Positions 38,795 to 49,727 of a DNA stretch of 64,000 bases are shown in pieces. The notes beneath the pieces were generated by a model. The model was not told the DNA's origin and searched no databases. It saw only the letters and a program-made list of their open reading frames with translations. A program made the translations under genes and the position numbers. How positions within the stretch are numbered: position 1 is the stretch's first letter; each line of letters opens with the position of its first letter. Origin of the DNA: Bugula neritina (taxonomy: Eukaryota > Animalia > Bryozoa); the NCBI GenBank assembly GCA_964035545.1, contig OZ037768.1, positions 23,717,319-23,781,318 of the forward strand. Reading direction: 5' to 3'.

Positions 38795-40240
38795 CTATGT
38801 GATATAGTAATATTAATAAATTGTAATATAAGTAAGGCAGTAATATAACATTATAATAATGCAGTAATATAATAATATAGTATTATAATAATGCAGTAAT
38901 ATGTTATAATAATATAGTGGTATAATATAATAATATTGTAATAATATAATAATGCAGTAATATAATGATATCACACAATACTATAGTAGTACTACAGTAA
39001 TACATTAGTAAATTATTATAAACTAATGTATTATAAGGACACCCTAATGCTTGTATGATATTTTATATTGCTGTATTATTTTATTTTCATTTTTAGCTTA
39101 GATAAAAAATTCTGGTGCATTTTTAGCCAAAGTTCATATCTTTTGCATAAGAAACTCAATCATAGACTGAATAAATGTATATTCTAATGTTTAGATAATA
39201 TTACTATATATCTGAACATCCTTTACTAATGTTTTTTTATTTTCTGAATCATTTATTAACAGCAAGTTTTAATAAATCATCAGCAAATTGTTTTGAAATT
39301 GAAACACAATTTGAGGTTTTACATCAATCAATAGAATACAGAAGTACTTGACACATCTTCACTTTCAGTTACAATAATAAGTAATTTAAAGTAAACTTAC
39401 ATCTGTTTTCATTTTCAACATCCTGTCAACTTTTTGCGACCATTTAATTTCAATGGTGTAACATTTTCTACTTTTATAATAAATAATAATAGGATTTCAT
39501 ATAAATCCTTCCACAATTATAAAGTGTAGAAATATCAATCCAACACATAAAAATGTCCACTGTTCCTTCCCTAAGGCGTAAGTAATACCTCCAACCAAAA
39601 GGTTAAAGGCTAACTCCAACTGTTGCTTTTATTTCTCAATTTCCTAACTAAATGAGATGCAAATACAATACAAAAGTAGAAGCTGCACTAAGGAGAATGA
39701 AAGTAGAGTCAGCATCTTCAGATTCGCTGTGGGGGGGGGGATCAATTGTTTCTGTGTGATTAGCCAATAGAACTCATGGTAAATCCTGTGGAACAGGTAA
39801 ACTTCTCATCATAGATTTAGTCTGACATGTCTACAATCGTTAAAAGGATATTGTTTCAGTCTACCAAGGTTTTAACACTAGTAACAAGCAAAATACAACT
39901 AATAAATCAACCATTTTAAGTTAGTAAAGCTTAACCTGGTCAAATAATGCACAACCATAGAAATTAGAATTATTCCTCACTGCATTTGCTTTACAATGCA
40001 ATGCTGCAGCAAATAAATTGACAGGTTATATTGGTCTTACTCCCTCCCTGATGGGTATATTTCCTGAATGTATGTATTCACACACTGAAACTTTCATGCA
40101 AATCTCACTTCGTGCATCCAGGTCTGTAACTGAAACAACTAATGAGTTACAGCACGCTTTCATGAGCTGCAAGAGAGTACAATTCCTAAAACAGTGGATG
40201 TACATTATGATATACAATGTACCTGACTATGGAAATTCTC

Positions 40241-43200
40241 TCAAACCGCCTGTTTTTTTGGAATTAGCGGAGGTCTTCTATTAAAGTTTGAAGGCTTAGC
40301 GCTCCTCCCTCTCTGCATGCTTATTTGAAGGATTCTTAGCTTCAATTCGTTCATCAAATAGAAAAACTGCAAAAAGCAGAATTTGATATTGTTAGCAACA
40401 ATATGATGATTATTGTAGTTCTAAAATATTCATGGGTAGATGCCGTTATTGGGGTAATTTATAGGTCTTCATTTTGAGTGAGAAAGCAAACGAGAGACTA
40501 CAATGCAGATGTCATGTTTCTTATGCAGACATAGAATATGAATGTGCCAAAAGAAATGGCAAAACAGGAAATGTCTAGGCAACAGAAGTAGCTAGGCAAC
40601 AGGAAGTAATAGTAGCTAGGCAACAGGAAGTAGCTAGGCAACAGAAAATAGCTAGGTGAGAAATACTTACTTGCGCTAAGATAGCCGCAGCCAGCAGGAA
40701 GTAAAGTTTGGTATTCATACAGAGGTAGTTTTTGGTGCTGGCGGCCAGAAAATAGCCGGCTGCATGAAACAGGAAGTAGTTGGTGAACCCCTCCAACTTG
40801 TTTTCAGGCAGCACTAAGGCTATGAGAACTGTGAAATCATTGTAACTATGTTATTGTACTGTCAGGGTCACTGATCACAGTACACAGTATTTTTACTTCT
40901 GCTACCAAGGACTGAAGGCAAAATTTTAACTTATAACTATAATATAATATGAGCACAATACACAAGTATAAGATATTATTATATAATATTTAAATGCAAG
41001 ATATAAATTTAAGGTATAAATGTGTATATAAAGTATAGCATACAAACCCGAAAGCTGCGTGCGCCATAGCATTGAGCACGCTCCAAGCAGAGCCATGCAG
41101 ACGTAGAATATGGCCACATTCTGCACGTGGACAGGAAGTACTATGAGAGTTATGATGACTGAGATCTGAAAGAGGCTGATGATAGTCATGCGGTACACTC
41201 TGTTCACCGAGTTGGCGGCAGCGGAGAGCAACAGACAGACAAAGCTGCCGAAGGCTCCGTAACAGATGAGTGCTGACTCTATGTGGGCAGCAAATCCGAA
41301 GCAGTGAATGTTCACCTGTAAATGAGACAATGTTAGTATTGTCTGATCACACACAAAACATAAGTGCTATTATAAAATATTATACATTGTATATGGTGAG
41401 TAAATATCATGTATTTGTATAACTTCATTTGTTTTTTAAATTTAATAAGTTCTTGGAAAAAAAATTGAATTCTGTTTAAGTTTGTATATAATTGAGATGT
41501 TGGCAAAATTAAGTATAGTGAGTTAATGTTTTGCTTGTAATTCATAGAAATCGTCTAGCTAGTACATAGGAGAGAATAACTCCAAAGTATTATGCTACTT
41601 CTGAAATGTCAATTTTTAGCAAGCAATGTCATCTAAACACTAATTAGCAAACTTTAGTAATTAAACAGTCATTACCCTGGGTTTGAAAAGTTTAATCAAT
41701 ATAATTTAATAATAAACTAATATTTGGTCTCCAATTCTGATTACACAATATGCATTTGCGTGGCCTGCTGTCACAGTTTTCAATAACTAAATTAATTATT
41801 GTAACATTATATGATGCAGGCTTATGCGTGCTTATGTATGCTTATATCCATCATTTGATATTGGGTTATCTTGCTGCAAATCATTAAATTAAAAAATAAG
41901 AAATTTTTAGAAAGTTCATGAATTCAAATAGCTCTTGCTGTAGAAAAGAGAGATTTAATTTTATTATAAAAGTTTTTTATAAAAGTACATTGTATCTGGA
42001 AATATAAATGATATTATACATAATACAACTGACACACGCACACACACTCGCACGCACGCACACATGCACACACACACGCACACACTTGCACGCTCGCACG
42101 CACACACACACACAGTTGCACGCACGCTCGCACACACACTCACACACACACTCGCACACACACTTGCACACACACTCGCGCACACACACAACACACACTG
42201 TAAAGACATCGCCTGTCTGTTATTGATAGTTACAAAATGAAATTAATCCAAAGTATCATAATAAGATAAGAAAAACGTGGTAAGATTTATATCCTGAGAG
42301 ACATGATAATTCATTAGATTATTCTGCAGATGGTACGCATCATATCCTACAACTAAAGCAAATATGTGTCTATGATAGTTCACTCTACATATATTGTAAT
42401 ATGTAATGAAACTAAGCATTATATCAGCTTAAAAGCTGCTGCTACCACTACCACTAGTATCAGTACTACTAATTCTAGTACTACTACTTCTAGTACTACT
42501 ACCTCTAGTACTACTACCACTAGTACTACTACCTCTAGTACTACTACCTCTAGTACTACTACCTCTAGTACTACTACCACCAGTACTACCACTACTCACC
42601 AGGATGAAATCTGAGAAGATGTATCCTTCAATGAGGCCGTTGTAAGTCATACAAGGAACGAGGAGCCCACATTTCCACAACGCAACGAGCTTCACCTGGA
42701 CAAGCAGGGGTTGTCTGACCTTGAATGTAGCGCATTTCATCATCCAGTAGCTGACGGCTATGCACAAGAAGACAGCCATTAGTCCACACACCACGTATGC
42801 AGGCATCACCTCAGATTGGGAACTCTGTACATGTGTGGGTACTGTATTATTTGTAAGAATTAGACAATCGTCAGAATTGTCCCCACTACATCGGGCAACT
42901 ATGGAAATGTTGATGATATTGTAGGTCAAGAATGAGTTTTGCGTTTCCTTCTTAACAAAATATATATTAAATACACTAGCAATTACATAACTGAAATGTG
43001 GTAGACCGTGAAATATAGCAAAAGATGTTTGTAAAAGTTGTTTGTGTGTGGGAGTTGTTGTCTTCTGGCTTTGCTGTTTGCAAGCGTCTGCAACTGCGTA
43101 AGACAGCACTGACAGAAGGATGTTTATACTAGCAGTGTTCAGTAGAGAGAATACGATGCTTGTCCAGTATGCCGACAGCACGTAGCTCACAACTATACCG

Positions 43201-43595
43201 CCAGCATACACAAAGCTACACAACGTAGTCAGTGCTGTCACAGGGACATGCTGGTAGAGTACACCTGAAATAAGGTTGGCAAATGCTGCCCCAACTAACA
43301 CCATTGACTCACATATGATGCCACAGCTGGACAACTGGCGGTCATTTTGATACACAAACAACTTGTAATGGTGGCTGGCTAATAACTGAAAGAAAAGTGA
43401 CAGTGCGACTAGAAACGCCTTCGAGTGTAGTCCGAGGTTTCTACAGCAATTTCTTTCCCTCCAGCGAACTTTGAAACTGCTTTCAACTACTTCCTGTTTT
43501 AACTGAACTTTCTCCGAGTGTATTTCCTGCTTTGGGTGGACATCGACAGACGTTTCCTGTTCAAACTGTACTTGTCTACTAGCGTTCTTCGCCAT
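40241..43595 (-). CDS. Divergent UNC-93-like multi-pass (MFS-fold) membrane protein, 4 coding exons
   Basis: Exons 43595-42600, 41315-41048, 40828-40671 and 40366-40241 in frame; many hydrophobic segments. UNC93A-like stretches LLVPCMTYNGLIEGYIFSDF, LICYGAFG, WRTQLS, KLEGFTNYFLFHAAGYFLA. Confidence 0.72.
40575..40656. repeat. About 18-bp tandem repeat (GTAGCTAGGCAACAGGAA) with X-box-like and ETS-like motifs
   Basis: GTAGCTAGGCAAC at 40588, 40612 and 40630, in the last intron of the UNC93-like gene. Confidence 0.85.
42030..42198. repeat. Degenerate (CA)n microsatellite
   Basis: Visible CA/CG dinucleotide run. Confidence 0.95.
42441..42596. repeat. 15-bp tandem repeat (CTAGTACTACTACCT) at an intron 5' end
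   Basis: Directly follows the UNC93-like exon 1 donor and explains the GSSTR tail of ORF 42429..43595. Confidence 0.9.
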
Positions 43596-45405
43596 TTCTT
43601 TTATAACCTCAGTTTACACTGTTTCATCTACTACAAAAGCATTTCACCTCTGAAACTCACAGCATTATCTGACCAATATTACTACACTTTCTCTAAACCA
43701 TCTGACAGTAAATCTTTACAGAGCATCTCATGCAGAAAAAAGTGATTTAATTAAACAGTTACTAAGAGTAAGAAGTATTGACTAGTGCTCATTCACCCAG
43801 CTTTGCATGAAACTTTCATGAACACATAATATTAATAGCATGCACATATCTTATGCATAAGCAGCAGTGTGAGATAGAGGCTGTATATGACAGGCGCATT
43901 GCTGCCTTTGTTAACATTCTGAGTCACATATAAAGGGCAGTTTTTGAGTCATCAACTGTAAATTTTAATGATACATGCCATGGAAATAAATTTAAATCAG
44001 AAACTTGTTTTCTCCATTATATTATCCATCATAATATATTTTAATATACATCATATTAATACAGTAATACAGTATTACAGTAATACAGTACAGTAATATA
44101 TAATACAGTAATACAGTACAGTAATATATAGTACAGTAATATCGTACAGTAATATATAGTAAAGTAATATAGTACAGTAATATATAGTACAGTATTATAC
44201 AATACAGTAATATAATATAGTAATATAGTACAACTATACAAACACTTCTACAAGCACAAGAAGCTGATGGTGTATAGACAGGCCACCAACTGAACTCTCA
44301 ATTTACACTCAAAATCTCATAAACAATCAGGATGCTGATGCTATTTATAAAATACTTTGTTATTATGCAACATACAATAGCTGAGTCAACCAAAAACTTT
44401 TTGTGCAGAAAATTATTTTCAAAATATATAAGCATATTTAGCTATATTTCATGCAGACTACTACAACGCTTTATAGGAGTTTTAAATTAATTTTTTTAAA
44501 AGAAGTGAATCTGTGTAAACTACATATAATCATTGTATTCACCAGAAGTAAAGTGAATACGTTACCTGATGACAGCAGCAGCTGCTAGAATGCTGCCGAC
44601 AGCAATGCACACATTATTGATTCAACGTCTAATAAATTTATACGATTACCTTATGCAATTTATATCAGCTGCAATTTCGAATAATTCAGCTGGAATGAGT
44701 TAGCACTTGACTCGAGACTTGTGCAAACACTCGACAGCTGAGAATTTTAATGTTGGAGGCAATTACATTCAAACTTCATCTTACGAATGTCATTCACAAG
44801 TTTGTAATATAAATATGGTACTAAAATTACACGTCTATTTTGAGAAGACGGTGTTAATTATTAATCGGCCTAGTTTTAGAACAAATACATCTAGGGTTCA
44901 ACTTCCAACTACAAACAATAAATAGTATTAATAATTTGGATAAATATAATATATTTTATTAAACGTTTTACATGTGTAATATCACAGCGCAAACCGTGAA
45001 GAAGTAGTAACTATTGATATTTAATGAAAACATCAAATTTAATGAATCATCAATTTTTTTCAGTAATTAAGCAAGGTTTGAGCCTCCCAGTTTTTTCAAT
45101 AAAGAATGATGATTTTTCTAATTAACTATTTTAAGATTGCGATGTATAGTATTAGATACTGTAGATAAGGAACAGTGTAATATACAAAGAATTGAGGATG
45201 TAAAAAGAAATACAAAAACTATGCAGCTAATATTAATATAGTGTCTAGGTTAAGAAATAGTCTTTGTTTAAGCAGATACTAAACTAAGTTGTTTTTAGGT
45301 GGTAATATTTCTACAACTTATTTTTCAAGCTTTATTGCTAGTTACTTTACATCAAAATGTGATTTCAGCAAAAGTTATTTTATCCAAAACAAGACTTACT
45401 TTTTT

Positions 45406-45436
45406 CCAATAACCAATTACTGGTTGCTATGACAAC
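45406..45436. promoter_or_regulatory. Two CCAAT boxes plus a near-consensus RFX X-box (GTTGCTATGACAAC)
   Basis: X-box at 45423-45436 and CCAAT twice within 45406-45417. About 1.8 kb upstream of the UNC93-like ATG; a minus-strand donor-like site near 44566 suggests a 5' UTR exon. Confidence 0.55.
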
Positions 45437-46022
45437 ACGCTGTGCAGATGACAGCACCAAGTGTAGATAAGATAGACCTATAGTGGTAGTCTGCAGTGTT
45501 ATTTAGACTCCACTAGAAAAGGCAGCGAGTAGTAAGTGAAGCTTGAGAATACAAATAGATATATCTCCGGCATCTTTAGCCTTAATGGGTTATTGATTTT
45601 ATGTTGAGAAGGAAAAAAGGTGAACAGATATGTGGCTCAATACAATTATTATCGTTTCCATGAGCGAAAGAAAGATGTAGAAGTTTTGGCAGGTGTAATG
45701 AGCTTGTTTTTGTTAAAAACCCAAAAATTAAATCTGAAAAAATTATCTAAATTTTCTAAAAAATGCCTTAATAACTTGGACGCACATGATGCACTGTTAA
45801 AAGCTGGTCTCGGGTTGTCTCTTTCACTGAAGTTAATTTACACAGAGACATGATTAAGTCGAGGAAAGATAACACTTTGTATACTCAAACCTTGAGAGAA
45901 CAAAAGTGATTTATCCTCACAAACAGAATGTTCAATAAAAAGGTTATAGAGATCATTGACGTCTGCCAACTGCGTGTATTGAGACCAAATTACAAGTTTT
46001 CATGAAATAGGAACAAAGATGT

Positions 46023-48761
46023 CTAACTATTAGAAATCAGCAAGCGAGACCTGGTAGGGTCGGGAGGAGATATAATGTCCTTGAACTTTTCAGGAGTCTT
46101 CACTATCCAATCTAACTCACTCGGCGTGTTCGGTTGCTCGGAATTGAGAATTTTTAGCCGATAATCAAAGAGGTTTTTAAGGAAACTGTAGTTGGGATCT
46201 TCGTCGAATCTGAGAGCTCGTGCGTAGGCGAGATATTGACCGAACTCCGCAGGTAGACCCTGAGAATAAACATTATAATATTATATATAACAAGATAATA
46301 TATTAATATAGAATATAACATTATAATATTATATATAACAAGATAATATATTAATATAGAATATAACATTATAATATTATATATAACAAGATAATATATT
46401 AATATAGAATATAACATTATAATACTATATATAACAAGATAATATATTAATATATAACAATATTATAATACAATAATATATATAGGCTATAACAATATAA
46501 TATGTCAATATATTACAATAATACAATACAATATAATATATAACAATATAATATCTTAATATCTTAATATAGAATAGCAATACAATAATATATATAACTT
46601 AACATAAGACATCGATGTAAAAGAATAACAGATAATATTATTAATATAATATATTATTATAATATAATATATTAGCAGATTACATTATTAGTTCATAATA
46701 TTATTGTCAGCTTCATAAATATCACATACTACATCAGAAGGCAATGCTGGTGTGGGCAGAAGAGTTGATAACTCCAAACTCATGATATAACAAAAAATTC
46801 CACTTAGCTGTGTGCTGATAACACTTAAGCTATCAAACAACATATAAACGAAAAAGTCTCTAAAGTCTATCAAATTTATAAGCAATACATTTTTGAACAA
46901 CATTTGAAGTTTTTTCCCCAAGTCAATGAAATTACAAAAATTTAAACTCTTTCAACCAACACTCCACATCAAAAGTCCTTTCACAACTGCTTCAAAATTC
47001 AGCAAAGAATGTGCAATGCAATCTGCAATGAAATATTTTTCACCAAAGAGGTGTGGTTTAAACACTGTGGACACGCCGGCCCACTAAAAGCAAATCCACC
47101 AAAGACACGCCCACAAAAAACACGCCCACCAAAGCAGACGACAGATAGACTTACCGCACAGAGCTCATCCGTCCTTGTATTTCTCTTGCACTCGCAGATT
47201 CTTGCATATTTCTGCCGCCTGTCATCACCTTTGAGCCCCTGCCATGGGAGTTGTCCTTTCAACATGTACACCAACATATATCCAAGGGATTCCATATCAT
47301 CTCTACGACTCTGCTCATTTCCACTTAGAGCATTTACACTGGCATATCTGTGTGAAAGTGTAACTCTAATGAAAGCATTGTAACTGTTTTTTATTATTAT
47401 ATGCCACTTTTTCAACTTGAGTGGGTTTTTCAAGTATTATAGTGTTTAAACAAATCTGTTCAAGGCTAAAATTAAGAGTATAAAAAACAGAATGTTTGAT
47501 GAAAGTTATTTTTAAACTGATCAGTGTGTGGATAAAGTAACAAGGCAGTAGCTGTGGCCAGCTGCAAGCTAGACTGAGAAATCTATCAGGTGTTGGGTGA
47601 TGTGAGGGATGGCATGAAACCACCCTTAGCTTCTGTGCTACGAGCCCATGATCTGAGGCACAGTCTATAGCTAGCCTGTCAAACTTCAGTAAAAATGCTA
47701 CTATGAATTAAATAGCTGTAGGATTATAATATTTAGCTGGTAGCAACTGAAAGTTTCTAGCACCAGTTAATCTTTGACAAAGGTGCATAAATATAAATGT
47801 TTTACAAAATGTCAAAAACTTGTCAATGTAATATGAAAAATTTTTGGCCGACTAGAATTCGAACTTGAGACCTCTAGCTTGCAAGCAGGCATCTTAACCA
47901 CTACACCACAGGCGCCACAGTTCCCCGAACAAAATAACAAGCTCTAAGAACATGAAATTAATGTAATGACTCAACGAACCCCTACCTGGCAGTCCCAGCT
48001 AAAGACCTGTTGGTCTGGAAAGGTATATGAACATTTAGCGTGCTGTCCCGAAACTTCTTACACAGCCCCATGTCACACAGGTATATGATGTTAGCTTTGT
48101 TGTGTCGGCCTACCAGAAAGTTCTCTGGCTTGATATCTCTGTGAATGAAGTCATGTTTGTGTAGCGACTCCAGTCTAGAGATCATTTGACTCGCCATGAT
48201 GCAGAGTGTCTTGAGGCTGAACTTGGAGTTGTTAGCTGAATACAGCTCCTCTAAGTTCGGTCCTAATAGTTCCATAGCCAAAAAGTTGAAGTTCTTTTCT
48301 TTACCGAAATGGCGGGCGTGTGGGAATCCTTCCTCAGTTCTCAACATCTCGTAGAGTTTAGCCTCAAAGTGAAGCTGTCGAAAGCGTTGTTTCTCATTGT
48401 CTGTTCTTTCAACTTTCACACACAACTTCGCCTGTGCAGGGGGTTTCTTGACGTGTACACCAAGATACGCGACGCAGAACGAGCCCTTCCCGAGCTGCTT
48501 CAACAATTTGTATCTGAAAAAGCAAGTTCAGAGCCAATAGTAAAGCACAAGGAGTTGTGTCATCATAGAGTAAAGTCAAATTTGAGTGAAGTTGCATTAG
48601 ATAACAAATATAATGCATACTGTGATACCAATTGCATTATATATTGATATTTGACAATATTACCGTTACTTGTTACACAACACATAGGAAAGCACATGCA
48701 AGTACCTGTTAGCTATGAGAGGTCGATTAGGATTTTCAAGGTTAAACGGGTCGTCCGCCAT
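46023..48761 (-). CDS. Divergent casein kinase 1 family Ser/Thr kinase, 4 coding exons
   Basis: Exons 48761-48706, 48513-47986, 47347-47155 and 46259-46023. Motifs LGKGSFC, LAMELLGPNLEEL, HRDIKPENFL, DMGL, LAGTARYASVNA, EQSRRDDMESLGY, LPWQGLK, LRFDEDPNY. Confidence 0.92.
46268..46455. repeat. 48-bp AT-rich tandem repeat, about 4 copies
   Basis: Abuts the CK1 last-exon acceptor. Confidence 0.85.
47845..47916 (-). mobile_element. tRNA-derived SINE-like head or tRNA pseudogene (TGC in the anticodon position)
   Basis: A-box TGGTGTAGTGG and B-box GTTCGAATT are present, but the T-stem and acceptor stem pair poorly. Similar to the copy at 63328. Confidence 0.65.
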
Positions 48762-49463
48762 CACTTCAGGGTTACGGCTGTCGACACTGAAATATAGAGA
48801 AGACCTAGCATCATGAAATTGCATTAGATTAAAATGCAAAACGTGGCAAACATTTGCAACAAAGAGTGTTTCAGCTGCTAGTATTGTTGGTGTTCACATT
48901 GTTTCATAAATTCTCGAATGCCTACATTATAATACATCACATAGCTATTAAATTTTAACCTTTTATAATGCCCAATATGTAATATTATATACACACACGA
49001 CAGTGTGTAATAAGATGCATTATACAATCAATTCATTATAATATAATACATTATACTACATTTCTATGCATATATACCACAGCTAAAGATACAGACCATG
49101 TGTTCAATAGCTCCTTGGTAATAGATTTGTAGATTATCAGAATATAATATCTTACTTGTGTCTAAATTGATACTAGTAGATGGCTTCAGCTCTACAGCTC
49201 AGCATATGTTGAGATGGGAAACAGTTATTACTTGCATTGAAGAAATGATCACATGTTAGTTTAGTGCACAGTATAAACTATTAGACAGATTTATTGCAGA
49301 TATAAATAGCATATCTGACAGAATTATTGTAAGAAAACAAAACACTAGACGAGTTTTTATGGTACTTGGAACTTTATTGAAACTATACATTAGATGTTGG
49401 GAAATAACAAAAATCATGAAAAATAATTTCTAATCTTTAGCAGATATGATCACAATGACAGAG

Positions 49464-49652
49464 TAGACTGAGTACTACTGAATAGACTGAGTACTACAGA
49501 ATAGACTGAGTACTACTGAATAGACTGAGTACTACTGAATAGAGTCATAGACTGAGTACTACTGAGTAGACTGAGTACTACTGAATAGAGTCATAGACTG
49601 AGTACTACTGAGTAGACTGAGTACTACTGAATAGAGTCATAGACTGAGTACA
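49464..49652. repeat. 19/26-bp tandem repeat (TAGACTGAGTACTACTGAA) in the RNF10 3' UTR
   Basis: Direct repetition between the RNF10 stop codon and the minus-strand AATAAA at 49373-49378. Confidence 0.9.
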
Positions 49653-49727
49653 ATATGGAACTACTAGCACAGTGATATCGTATACAGAGATAAAATAGAG
49701 TCCGATTTGAGTGGCGGCCATATTTGG

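Noticed and set aside
41964-42226. Short ORFs over CA/GT and AT-rich repeats (also 44056, 46154, 59073, 61016, 63745)
   Set aside because: Low-complexity translation artefacts.
42429-42599. GSSTR-repeat C-terminus of ORF 42429..43595
   Set aside because: Read-through into an intronic repeat past the GTGAGT donor at 42599.
44566-44600. Hammerhead-like CTGATGA followed by a hairpin
   Set aside because: No GAAA core or closing stems.
47845-47916. Functional tRNA-Ala gene (and tRNA-Thr at 63328-63399)
   Set aside because: Acceptor, T and anticodon stems pair poorly; the two copies resemble each other yet differ at the anticodon, which fits a SINE or pseudogene.
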